Shown here: positions 1 to 8,815 of the stretch, piece after piece
Numbering within the stretch: position 1 is the stretch's first letter
Layout of the letters: each line of letters begins with the position of its first letter
The notes under the pieces: model-generated
What the model saw: the letters and a program-made list of their open reading frames with translations, nothing else
Database searches by the model: none
Told to the model about the DNA's origin: nothing
Made by a program: the position numbers and the translations under genes
Assembly: GCA_020348065.1 (NCBI GenBank)
Contig: CP070742.1
Span: forward strand, 312,494-376,493
Source of the DNA: Candidatus Zixiibacteriota bacterium
GTDB lineage: Bacteria > Zixibacteria > MSB-5A5 > UBA10806
Direction: 5' to 3'
Length of the DNA: 64,000 nt

Positions 1-1216
1 CATGGGGCGCCGCCATGGAAGTGCCGTCCAGAATAAAATAGGAATCGTTAAAATAGGTTGAATAAATCCCGGTTCCCGGGGCCGAAATATCCACCCAGGC
101 GCCGTAATTCGAAAATGATGATTTAAAATCGTTCTGATCGGTCGACGCCACCGTGACAACATCGGGTCTCGAACCCAGGTATGATGGATTCTGGTTGTTG
201 CTGTTGCCGGCGGATGATACCACGATTACGCCGTTGTTGGTGGCGTAAGTGGTCGCAGCCCCGAGGCCGCCGGAGTTCGATGAGCTCCACGAGCAGTTTA
301 TAGATCTGGCTCCGTTGTCAGTAGCATAGTAAAAAGCCTGGGCCGCGAAATCCATCCTGATATAACCCTGCCCGGTAGGATCTTGCCATCCTACTCTTAG
401 AGGCATGACACGACAATTGAATCCGACGCCCGCGATGCCGATACCATTATCCGTCACCGCCGCCGACACGCCGCTGCAGTGGGTGCCATGGCCATTGAAA
501 TCCATGGGGTCGTTGTCAGGGTTCATATCGTCTTCGCCGGGAGCCCCGTTTACTCCATGTACCCAATCCCAGCCGCGATAATCGTCAATATAGTTGTTGC
601 CGTCGTCGTCAAATCCGCTAATCCCGTTAACTTCGGCCTCATTGACCCAGATATCATCGGCAAGGTCGGGATGATCCCAGTCGACTCCGGTATCGGCTAT
701 ACCGACCACAATATTGGAATCGCCCTGTGAAATATCCCAGGCCCCTCTCGCTTCGATTTTATTTATCGCCCACTGCTGGCCGATCTGCGGATCGTTGGGA
801 TCGTAATCAATGGGGTGAATCGCAATCGGCTCCACATGTTCCACCTCTATCAGCGCGTCATACGCCTCCAGCACGGAAATCATCTCGTTTCCAGAATCGA
901 ACGTTATGGAATAATATCCCGCAAGCTCGATTTCTCCTTTGTTTTCCGCGCCGGGGAATATTCGCCTGAATTCCGAAACCTCAAACCGCGAATTAAGATT
1001 ATCAATCCCGGCCCTGCCGGTAATGATTACTTTGTGCCCGGTATGGATATTCAGGGGGAGGATATCCGACGAGAACGCGACAACAACGGCGTCGGGCACG
1101 TAATTAACGCCTTCTTCAAAATGAATTTTGCTTCTCTCCGAAAGTGCGAAAGCCTTTGAAACGATCACCAGCATGGCGAGAAAAACCATCGCCAAAATTA
1201 ATCCGACTCTGTTCAT
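1..1216 (-). CDS. Secreted subtilisin-like serine peptidase (S8 family), C-terminus beyond left window edge
   Basis: Absent from the ORF track because no stop lies in the window. My reverse-strand translation from ATG 1216..1214 (AAGGAG about 6 nt upstream) gives the signal peptide MNRVGLILAMVFLAMLVIV. Subtilase motifs then follow in canonical order: GIADTGVD (Asp), HGTHCSG (His), NCSWS (oxyanion Asn) and GTSMAAPH (Ser) at the very edge. Confidence 0.85.
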   Translation of the reverse strand, partial: MNRVGLILAMVFLAMLVIVSKAFALSERSKIHFEEGVNYVPDAVVVAFSSDILPLNIHTGHKVIITGRAGIDNLNSRFEVSEFRRIFPGAENKGEIELAGYYSITFDSGNEMISVLEAYDALIEVEHVEPIAIHPIDYDPNDPQIGQQWAINKIEARGAWDISQGDSNIVVGIADTGVDWDHPDLADDIWVNEAEVNGISGFDDDGNNYIDDYRGWDWVHGVNGAPGEDDMNPDNDPMDFNGHGTHCSGVSAAVTDNGIGIAGVGFNCRVMPLRVGWQDPTGQGYIRMDFAAQAFYYATDNGARSINCSWSSSNSGGLGAATTYATNNGVIVVSSAGNSNNQNPSYLGSRPDVVTVASTDQNDFKSSFSNYGAWVDISAPGTGIYSTYFNDSYFILDGTSMAAPH

Positions 1217-1247
1217 CTCTTCTCCTTTTTCCTGACACTTCCGAAAT

Positions 1248-3449
1248 TTATTTTAACAACATCATTTTCCCTGCTTTAAATCCGCCCGCCGTATTGATTT
1301 TATAAAAATATATTCCCGAAGGATTGTTATGCGCCTGCCAGATTGCCTCATTTTCACCGGCCGGTTTTATATCGCGTACTATATTTTCAATTTTCTGACC
1401 GAGCACATTATAAATATCAATTTCGACAAAGGTTTCCCAGGATAAATCGTATTTTATGGAAACCGAGGAGTTAAATGGATTGGGATAAATAAAAGCGGAG
1501 AGGTTATGACTTACAGTATTTTCGAGGGATTTATAAATATCGGTCTGACCCATCGGCGCTCCCGTCACCCACTCCGTGGCGCTTAAAGCGCCATGATTGC
1601 CGTTTCCCGTGAAATCGTTTACGAATTGGCCGTTGCCCTCATTCATAAGCCAGTATCCGACCAGACCGGGTTCGCTGCCGTCTAAGTACTGATACATATA
1701 TGACTGAATCTCGCCAGCGGTTCTCACAACATTCCAGACCCTGACTTCGTCAATGACACCATCGAAAGTATTAATCAATGATGCTGAATTGCCGATCATC
1801 AAATCGATTGCGGAATTATCGTTCAGGGCGCCGGAAGGCGGGAGGGTTTGCGTAATTGTCTGCTCGGAGCCGTTGAGATAAATTTTCACCTCGCCCGCGG
1901 GCCCATCGTATGAAGTCGCGACATGCTGCCAGGTATTGAGCACAATCGAACTTTCGGGTATCGCCGAAAAGCTGTTCCCGCCGCTTTGAGTGAATAACCA
2001 GAGGCAGAGGGTGTTGTCTCCCAGGACAGGATTTGATTTTAAAGTAAAAAACCGGGTTACGTCCTTATCCACTATCCTGCCGAATCCGGTTCCGGGATTT
2101 TCGCCCCACCCGAACGGATTTATCCAGGCTTCTACGGTAAACTGATCTGTCAGGTTAATTGTCGGAGACGCCGGAACCGTGACAACGCTTTCTTCACCGT
2201 CAAACAACAGGGCGCTTTCACCGCCGAAAACTAAAACATAATCTTCCCGTACCCTGCTTTTATAAACTGTATCACAACCTATGATGAGCTCCACACTATA
2301 TGACCCTGCAGAGTTATAGGTCCATTCGGGATTCTGATCATATGAATCCACAATTCCATCGTTATTAAAATCCCACTCCCATGATGTTATGGTCCACTCG
2401 GGATTTGAAAGATCATTGAATTGAACGGTTAACGGAGACTGACCAGTTAACGGTTCCGCCGAAAAATCGCAAGGATTGATAGTTCCCATGGCTTCGGCCA
2501 GAAAGGAAAGCGAAATGGAAAAACGGTCAGGATTATAATGCCCGCCGGGGAAAAGCGGGAAAGCGTAATCCAGATTCAGGAGAGCCAGCGAATCGGCGAA
2601 CGCCATATTCATACTCATTTCCAAAAAAAGACCGCCATATCCGCAGTCGAAGTAAATAGCGGGCTCCTGCCCTGAAGGGATCTGGGCAGCAAGCGTCGGC
2701 AGGTTGTTTGGTTGCCATCTTGCGATAACGGTATCAACAACTCCACCGGAAGAATCCAGGGGAAAATCCACCTGGTAGGGTGAATTATTCAGGTTCGGTG
2801 AAAAAGCTCCGGCGCAGGTAAAAGCAATATTCGTTAATGTCCCATTGTTATAATTATATGTATACGGCGGGCCGGTACCGTTTTCCAAAAGAATATAATC
2901 TACCCAGCTGTAAAGACCGAAAACGACCTCCAGAAAGCCGTTGTGTGAAACCACAGCCCCGAATTTATCCGTATGTTTGAACGCGAGCTTCATGGCGCCG
3001 TAACCACCCATACTGTGCCCCATTATCGACCGTTTCCAACGAACCGAATTCGTGGAATAATTGGAATCGATAAACGCAATAAGATCCATGACTATATAAT
3101 CCTCAAAATCACCGTACAGTTCGGAATTTGTATAAAAACTGCCATCAAACGGGCCGACACCACCGTCTGGCATTACCAGAATCATCGGATCAAAACAACC
3201 ATTCGTAATCATGCTGTCAAGATAGTGGTATATTTCGACATAACCGGTATAATCGGCCAATGTGCCGTGGAGAAAATAGATCACCGGATAAAGTATTGTA
3301 TCGTTGGGATCGTAGCCTTCGGGAAGATAGATACACATATTTCGCGTTTCCCCCAGAGAATTGCTGTAAAACGATACTGTTTCCACAGATCCCTGGGAAA
3401 GAGTCAACGTTGGAATAAATAGAAAGAAAATCGTGGCAATCCGCCTCAA
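1248..3449 (-). CDS. Secreted esterase (esterase D/putative esterase fold) - PKD - LamG/concanavalin-like - T9SS-type C-terminal sorting domain
   Basis: 733-aa ORF. N-terminal signal peptide. LYPVIYFLHG and the nucleophile elbow GHSMGGYGA. PKD-like segment (TVQFNDLS..WDFNNDG). LamG-like segment (EAWINP..DEVRVWN). C-terminus IYPNPFNSS...GIYFYKI...KMMLLK is typical of T9SS type A CTDs. Confidence 0.8.
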   Translation of the reverse strand: MRRIATIFFLFIPTLTLSQGSVETVSFYSNSLGETRNMCIYLPEGYDPNDTILYPVIYFLHGTLADYTGYVEIYHYLDSMITNGCFDPMILVMPDGGVGPFDGSFYTNSELYGDFEDYIVMDLIAFIDSNYSTNSVRWKRSIMGHSMGGYGAMKLAFKHTDKFGAVVSHNGFLEVVFGLYSWVDYILLENGTGPPYTYNYNNGTLTNIAFTCAGAFSPNLNNSPYQVDFPLDSSGGVVDTVIARWQPNNLPTLAAQIPSGQEPAIYFDCGYGGLFLEMSMNMAFADSLALLNLDYAFPLFPGGHYNPDRFSISLSFLAEAMGTINPCDFSAEPLTGQSPLTVQFNDLSNPEWTITSWEWDFNNDGIVDSYDQNPEWTYNSAGSYSVELIIGCDTVYKSRVREDYVLVFGGESALLFDGEESVVTVPASPTINLTDQFTVEAWINPFGWGENPGTGFGRIVDKDVTRFFTLKSNPVLGDNTLCLWLFTQSGGNSFSAIPESSIVLNTWQHVATSYDGPAGEVKIYLNGSEQTITQTLPPSGALNDNSAIDLMIGNSASLINTFDGVIDEVRVWNVVRTAGEIQSYMYQYLDGSEPGLVGYWLMNEGNGQFVNDFTGNGNHGALSATEWVTGAPMGQTDIYKSLENTVSHNLSAFIYPNPFNSSVSIKYDLSWETFVEIDIYNVLGQKIENIVRDIKPAGENEAIWQAHNNPSGIYFYKINTAGGFKAGKMMLLK

Positions 3450-3723
3450 TAAATCCTCCTAATAATCATACACTTACAGCGCTCACGCGGCCGGTTTAAC
3501 TCCTTTAAATCCAGAAATAATGCTCCCCTGCAATATAGACTATCCCAAAGATGTACCGGGCGACTAACCCGACATCTCTGAAATACCTACAATACCATCT
3601 ACGAATTAGTTCCAGAAAGGTTAGGAACTAAATATATATTTGACATCAGCATAAAAAATTATGGATTTCCTCGTCAGTTTTTCTCGCGGATAGACCGGGC
3701 TGTTGTGCGATAAATCCTTATTA

Positions 3724-3752
3724 TTGACAGAAATCAATAAATCCCTTATCAT
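3724..3752 (+). promoter_or_regulatory. Sigma-70-like promoter, TTGACA-17 nt-TATCAT
   Basis: TTGACA at 3724-3729, a 17-nt spacer, then TATCAT at 3747-3752. It lies about 75 nt upstream of the 3828 start codon. Confidence 0.45.
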
Positions 3753-3827
3753 TCACCAGATTTCGCACTCCAAGCTTGCTCCCGTAGAGGTTTCTAATTG
3801 ATAATCGAATACTTAAGAGGAGTCGCC

Positions 3828-6800
3828 ATGAAAAAATCTATATTGCTATTCACTGCAGCATGGCTATTGGGTTTATATACCATCATATTTTCTAGCGTCT
3901 GGCAGAGAGACGTGGCCGACAGCACCGGTACATATAAAGGACTGTACAATTCTATGGCAATCGATAGCGAGGACAACCCGCATATCGCCTACTATGACGA
4001 AGATTTCAACGACCTCAGATATGCTTATTTCAACGGTGAAACCTGGTCGGTCGAAGTCGTAGACAGCATCGGTGATGCGGGGCTCTACTGCAGTATCGCC
4101 CTGGATTCGCAGAACGTACCTCATATAAGCTACCAGCAGGAATACCTCGGTTACCACTGGAGTCTCAAATACGCCACCCCGGCCGACACGGGATGGTATA
4201 AGATTTTCGTCGATTGTTCCTATGATACCAGCATCGCCGAAATCGGAGAATACTCGAGCATCGCGATTAATAACGACGGCTATCCATGCATATCTTATAC
4301 GCAGAACGGGCCTGACGAAGTAAAATATGCCTATAAAGACAGCGGCGGCTGGCATATCGACGTCGTCAATAATGATGTATATCAAACATACTATAATATG
4401 TTGAGATTATTCAACGGCGAAACGCCGGTAATAGGATATCATAGGCTGGGCGACCAGAACGATAATATCATGGAAATCGCCTCCTATAACTCGGCCGATT
4501 CAAGCTGGACTATCGTACAGGTACCCGATTCCGCTGAATATATAAGTTACGGAGATATGCTCGGATTTGATATAGACAATCAGAACAATTTTTATTTCAT
4601 GTATATCAATTCCGATTATGACCTTCAACTTGCCAGATACATCAAAAGCAGCCAGAGCTGGCTTATCGAAACATATCTGGACTACCCCTATTTCGGAGGC
4701 GCTCCGACAATTTATCTTAAAATTGACAATGCGGGCAATCCCTGCCTGGCGGCTTTCCAGGGCGAAATCTATTTTTACAGAAAACATAACGGGCAGATTG
4801 ATACATCCCTGGTCGATGAGCTGATCTCCCCCGCCTGGTGGTGTTGCCTGGATTTCGACAGTGAAAATTATCCGCGTCTTTCCGCATATGCTCATACGCC
4901 GGACTACAGCTACGGTTTATTCTATTATCGCTACTGGCCGGGAGATCCGACTATAATTCTCCCGGAAACATTCCATAATTACGGCGTTGTCTGGACGGAG
5001 AGCTATTCCGACTGGAACTGTCCTGTCGAGAATACCGGGACGGCGCCCCTGATAATAAGCGATCTCGTAACCGCCTCGCACTGGACCGACAGCTCTTTTC
5101 AGGTCATTAACGTTTCCCTTCCAATGACAGTTTTGCCGCAGAAATCCGATTCCATAACCATTCGTTTCACGCCCTTCGAAGATCTGGTTTACTATGACAC
5201 GCTTATTATCTATTCCAATGATTCCCTCCATCCCGAGGAACGCGTCGCTCTTCAGGGCACGGGAACATCCAGCGGCGATTTCGGCGATCTGACTGTCTAC
5301 GCCAGGAACTGCTATGCCGCCCTGGAATATCATGAATTGAATGAATCTCCGTTAACCGGCGCGCAGATATCTCTCTATCAAAATAACCAGCTTATCTACG
5401 GCCCGGTGGAATCGGGTACCGATGGGTCGGCGTATCTGGAAAACGTGGCAACCGGCGTATATAATCTGACGGTAGCCAAAGAGACCCTGATACCCGGAGA
5501 AGTGCCCGTACCGGATACGCTGGGACGAACATTTACGATTGAAGTCGGCCCGGGGACAAATACCGAATCAATTGTGCTTCCGGAATCTTTAACCGTGCAG
5601 AAGTATCAATCCATCTACGATCTTACCCATATCATACGGGAAGGTCCGCTGGGAGATACCGTATATATGTTCAGCTACCCTGCTGAACTGGAGGTGCGAG
5701 AATTGCTGGATTCATGGCAGCTCGATCTCGACCCGACCGTAAAGTTGAGCATTGCCAGACTGTATCTGGCCGAAAGAATGACCGACCTGATGTTCGGCTG
5801 CGGCTACTCCATAGGCGGCGCATTCGTTCATTGTATTACCGAGCTGATAAATTTCATATTTTTCTCGGATTCCTGGTTTGACGAAATTATTGATTTCCTG
5901 ACTTTCATCTGGAATCTATTCACCGATCCCATTTCCGCACTCCTGGACGTCGTAAACGCGTTCGCCAGATCATTATTGCTGGGCTTGATGGATGATGCTA
6001 TCCAGCAGGCGGCGGCGGAGCTTCCCTGCATTACATACAATTCAAACGTGATAGTCTGCGGCGAGGAAATCGTGGTGGATGCCTGGAGAGAAATAAAAGA
6101 GGAATTCTCGGGATGGGAACGCATATTCCCCGGATTTTCCGATGATTCCTGGGATGAAACCGAAAAATTCATGCATCGGGTTCTAATGGGCCCTCTCTTT
6201 CAGGTTGTCTACGTTGACCTTCTAACTAACGGCCAGATAGAAAAGGCCAGGGAATATTCCGAAAACTTCCAGTTTGATGGAGAATTCTCCGAAGCTTCCG
6301 AATATTCCGAATGGTTTATAAGCGACAGGACGGACGACGTTGAAACCGACGCGGATATCTGCCGGGACCTGATAATGTCCGCGCAATTATTCTACGCAAC
6401 TGCTACTCTGCTTGATATCGCCGGGAATCTCATACCGGGAGCCGGCATTCTCAGCTCCATCGGTGATGCTTTGGAAGTAGCAGCTTATATAGAAGTTATC
6501 GCGGGCATAGGAATCTCCGGACATACGTTTTTTACTCTGCCGGACCAAATGGACTATGCCGTAGACCGAATTTATCATCCTAACGGTTTATTACAAGAAA
6601 GACCGGATACCCGCTGTCCCTGGCCCCGTTCAAAGATGGATCCATCGCTAATTGCATCTTTGAAAACCAACCTTCAGCAAAGCTCCGAAGAGTACGATTC
6701 CACCCTGAGCAACATCGGAAATCTTATACAATCGGGCGATTACGAAAGCGCTTTGCTGGGCCTGGAAGACCTGATGAATGCCGAAAGCGATTTCAGAAAC

Positions 6801-7730
6801 GATCTCAACGTCTCCTGCGCGCCGGTCTACGCTATGGCAAATATAGCGAGGGACAGCCTGGCTGGTTTTCAAACAATATATGATTCCCTGAAATCCGAAT
6901 ATGCCGGCTCTGGAATGGGACGATTCAAGGATCTTCTTTACGTGGCTTTCTCTCCCGCGGATTCCGGACAGGAAATGATCGACAGCGTTCTGGCTCAGAT
7001 CGACAGGTCGATTTTACAAAATCAGGCTCTGGTAAACCGCGTCGGTGAAACCCTCGACACCGTCTCGGTTCTGGATATGCCGGCCATCGTAACCGTAAGC
7101 GACGCCGGCCAGAACGTTTATGATCTGGGACAGGGTCAAACCGCCACTATACGGTTAAGCCTTAAAAACGTGGGCGCCTTGCCTGCGGAAAATGTCAGCC
7201 TGGTTATGAGCACTAATGACGCCCTATCCATAAACGAGGCCGATAGCATGTATATAGGAAGCCTTCAGCCCGGAGAAGAAACCGAGACATATACCTGGAC
7301 TGTCGAACTGGCAAACAACGACTACTCACGGGGGATCTGGACTGCCAATATCAATTCCTCCAATGCCAGGACTTTTCCCTATAGCGGATCTCTTGTTACG
7401 CCATTGGTTATCACCCCCCCTACCGGCGGCAGGCTCACCAGGGATAACGTTTATTGTTATCCCAATCCTTTCAATCCCGACATCGTGGAAACGACCCTGA
7501 GATACAGCCTGGAGAGGGCCGCCGAGGTAACGGTTAGGATTTATGACGCCGGCGGTAACCTGGTGATAACCTTGATGGATGACGTTCGACAACCTGCAGG
7601 CGAGGAATTGAGCGTCGTATGGGAAGGCAGAAACGGTAAAGGAGACGTGGTTTCCAACGGTGTCTATTTCTTTATTATAGAGACGTCGGAAAATGAACGC
7701 GCGGTTGGCAAAATCGCGGTCTTAAGATAA
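3828..7730 (+). CDS. Large secreted multidomain protein: beta-propeller-like repeats, Ig-like/CARDB-like domains, long helical-hydrophobic core, FlgD-Ig/T9SS-like C-terminal domain
   Basis: The ORF is open from 3798 (TTG). ATG 3828 preceded by AAGAGGAG gives MKKSILLFTAAWLLG, a signal peptide. Repeats of the form SIAxDSxxxPHISY occur at about 45-aa spacing. Carboxypeptidase-regulatory-like segment (GAQISLYQNN..GVYNLTV). C-terminus CYPNPFNPD...GVYFFIIE...GKIAVLR. Confidence 0.75.
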   Translation: MKKSILLFTAAWLLGLYTIIFSSVWQRDVADSTGTYKGLYNSMAIDSEDNPHIAYYDEDFNDLRYAYFNGETWSVEVVDSIGDAGLYCSIALDSQNVPHISYQQEYLGYHWSLKYATPADTGWYKIFVDCSYDTSIAEIGEYSSIAINNDGYPCISYTQNGPDEVKYAYKDSGGWHIDVVNNDVYQTYYNMLRLFNGETPVIGYHRLGDQNDNIMEIASYNSADSSWTIVQVPDSAEYISYGDMLGFDIDNQNNFYFMYINSDYDLQLARYIKSSQSWLIETYLDYPYFGGAPTIYLKIDNAGNPCLAAFQGEIYFYRKHNGQIDTSLVDELISPAWWCCLDFDSENYPRLSAYAHTPDYSYGLFYYRYWPGDPTIILPETFHNYGVVWTESYSDWNCPVENTGTAPLIISDLVTASHWTDSSFQVINVSLPMTVLPQKSDSITIRFTPFEDLVYYDTLIIYSNDSLHPEERVALQGTGTSSGDFGDLTVYARNCYAALEYHELNESPLTGAQISLYQNNQLIYGPVESGTDGSAYLENVATGVYNLTVAKETLIPGEVPVPDTLGRTFTIEVGPGTNTESIVLPESLTVQKYQSIYDLTHIIREGPLGDTVYMFSYPAELEVRELLDSWQLDLDPTVKLSIARLYLAERMTDLMFGCGYSIGGAFVHCITELINFIFFSDSWFDEIIDFLTFIWNLFTDPISALLDVVNAFARSLLLGLMDDAIQQAAAELPCITYNSNVIVCGEEIVVDAWREIKEEFSGWERIFPGFSDDSWDETEKFMHRVLMGPLFQVVYVDLLTNGQIEKAREYSENFQFDGEFSEASEYSEWFISDRTDDVETDADICRDLIMSAQLFYATATLLDIAGNLIPGAGILSSIGDALEVAAYIEVIAGIGISGHTFFTLPDQMDYAVDRIYHPNGLLQERPDTRCPWPRSKMDPSLIASLKTNLQQSSEEYDSTLSNIGNLIQSGDYESALLGLEDLMNAESDFRNDLNVSCAPVYAMANIARDSLAGFQTIYDSLKSEYAGSGMGRFKDLLYVAFSPADSGQEMIDSVLAQIDRSILQNQALVNRVGETLDTVSVLDMPAIVTVSDAGQNVYDLGQGQTATIRLSLKNVGALPAENVSLVMSTNDALSINEADSMYIGSLQPGEETETYTWTVELANNDYSRGIWTANINSSNARTFPYSGSLVTPLVITPPTGGRLTRDNVYCYPNPFNPDIVETTLRYSLERAAEVTVRIYDAGGNLVITLMDDVRQPAGEELSVVWEGRNGKGDVVSNGVYFFIIETSENERAVGKIAVLR

Positions 7731-7742
7731 GGAGACGGCAAA

Positions 7743-8675
7743 ATGAAATGTCCGATAACGTTTTATGTCATCATATTTCAGATCTTATTGTGGTCGCCCT
7801 GTTTATCTGAAAGCGAATGCGGAGGAAGTGCCGGTGCCTTTCTTGATATCGGCATAGGCGCCAAGGCAATTGCCATGGGAAAGGCGTATTCAGCTATGGC
7901 TGGCGACGCCACGGCGTTGTTCTGGAATCCTGCGGGCTTGGCGCTTTCTGATAAAAAGGAAATCTCCGCTATGCACGCGTTTATATTCGAAGATCGGGCG
8001 ATCAATTACGCCGCCTTCGTGTATCCGATTTCCGGACACTCCCTCGGCGCGGCCTGGATCCGGTTCGGCGTTACTGGCATACAGGAAAGAGGCGATACCG
8101 GTCAATTAATCAGCGAATTCTCCGACTCGGAAAATCTCTACATGCTCGGTTATGGAAGATCCTTATGGTCTGATGCCTACAAGTCCATCAGCCTGGGGAC
8201 AACGATCAGGTATTATTATCATTCATTATTCGGCTACTCCGCCAGCGGCTGGGCGGCGGATTTCGGCGCGCTGTTTACATTATATGAGCAGGGTTTTGCC
8301 AATAATTTGAATCTTTCAATTGCCGTCCAGAATATCGGGGGCGATATCAAATGGAATACTCCGGGCAGCCTTGAAGAAAATATCCCGACTTCATTCAGAT
8401 TCGGTTCGTCGGCCGAATTAAACAGTCTGCCGATTACATTTGCCATAGATCTGGAGAAACAGGAAGATAGGTCCGTCAGATTTCATTCGGGGCTGGAATA
8501 TGTATACGGTTCAATTTTGCCGCTTCGAATAGGGTTCAGCCATAAATATCTCTCGGCCGGAATCGGATACATAATAGAAACCGGGAAAACCGACATTATC
8601 GTCGATTACGCCTTTACCGACGATCGAATTTCTGATAGGGGATTGCATTTCTTTTCCATCGGTGTGAGATTTTAA
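7743..8675 (+). CDS. PorV/PorQ-family-like outer-membrane beta-barrel protein
   Basis: 310 aa with a signal peptide. N-terminal motif GAKAIAMGKAYSAMAGDATALFWNPAGLA is as in PorV/PorQ-type barrels. Alternating beta-strand pattern and a terminal aromatic residue (GVRF). Starts 12 nt after the preceding cargo gene. Confidence 0.55.
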   Translation: MKCPITFYVIIFQILLWSPCLSESECGGSAGAFLDIGIGAKAIAMGKAYSAMAGDATALFWNPAGLALSDKKEISAMHAFIFEDRAINYAAFVYPISGHSLGAAWIRFGVTGIQERGDTGQLISEFSDSENLYMLGYGRSLWSDAYKSISLGTTIRYYYHSLFGYSASGWAADFGALFTLYEQGFANNLNLSIAVQNIGGDIKWNTPGSLEENIPTSFRFGSSAELNSLPITFAIDLEKQEDRSVRFHSGLEYVYGSILPLRIGFSHKYLSAGIGYIIETGKTDIIVDYAFTDDRISDRGLHFFSIGVRF

Positions 8676-8742
8676 GCAGGAACTTTTTTGCCTTTTATTT
8701 AAAAGACCGCCTCTGTGATATTACCGGAATTCTATAATAATG

Positions 8743-8773
8743 AAGAAGGGCTGATACGATATCAGCCCTTCTT
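8743..8773. terminator. Perfect 14-bp hairpin between convergent genes (candidate bidirectional terminator)
   Basis: aagaagggctgata (8743-8756), loop cga, tatcagcccttctt (8760-8773). Located between the stop at 8675 (+) and the stop at 8816 (-). U-tracts are weak. Confidence 0.5.
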
Positions 8774-8815
8774 AACCCCTGTTTCCTGAAAAAAACAAGT
8801 TAGCGGGTTGAATTC

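Noticed and set aside
479-1159. Plus-strand ORFs 479..730, 727..969 and 815..1159
   Set aside because: They lie antisense to a continuous minus-strand reading frame that encodes a complete subtilase catalytic triad. Their translations are low-complexity or Arg/Pro-rich, with no motif.
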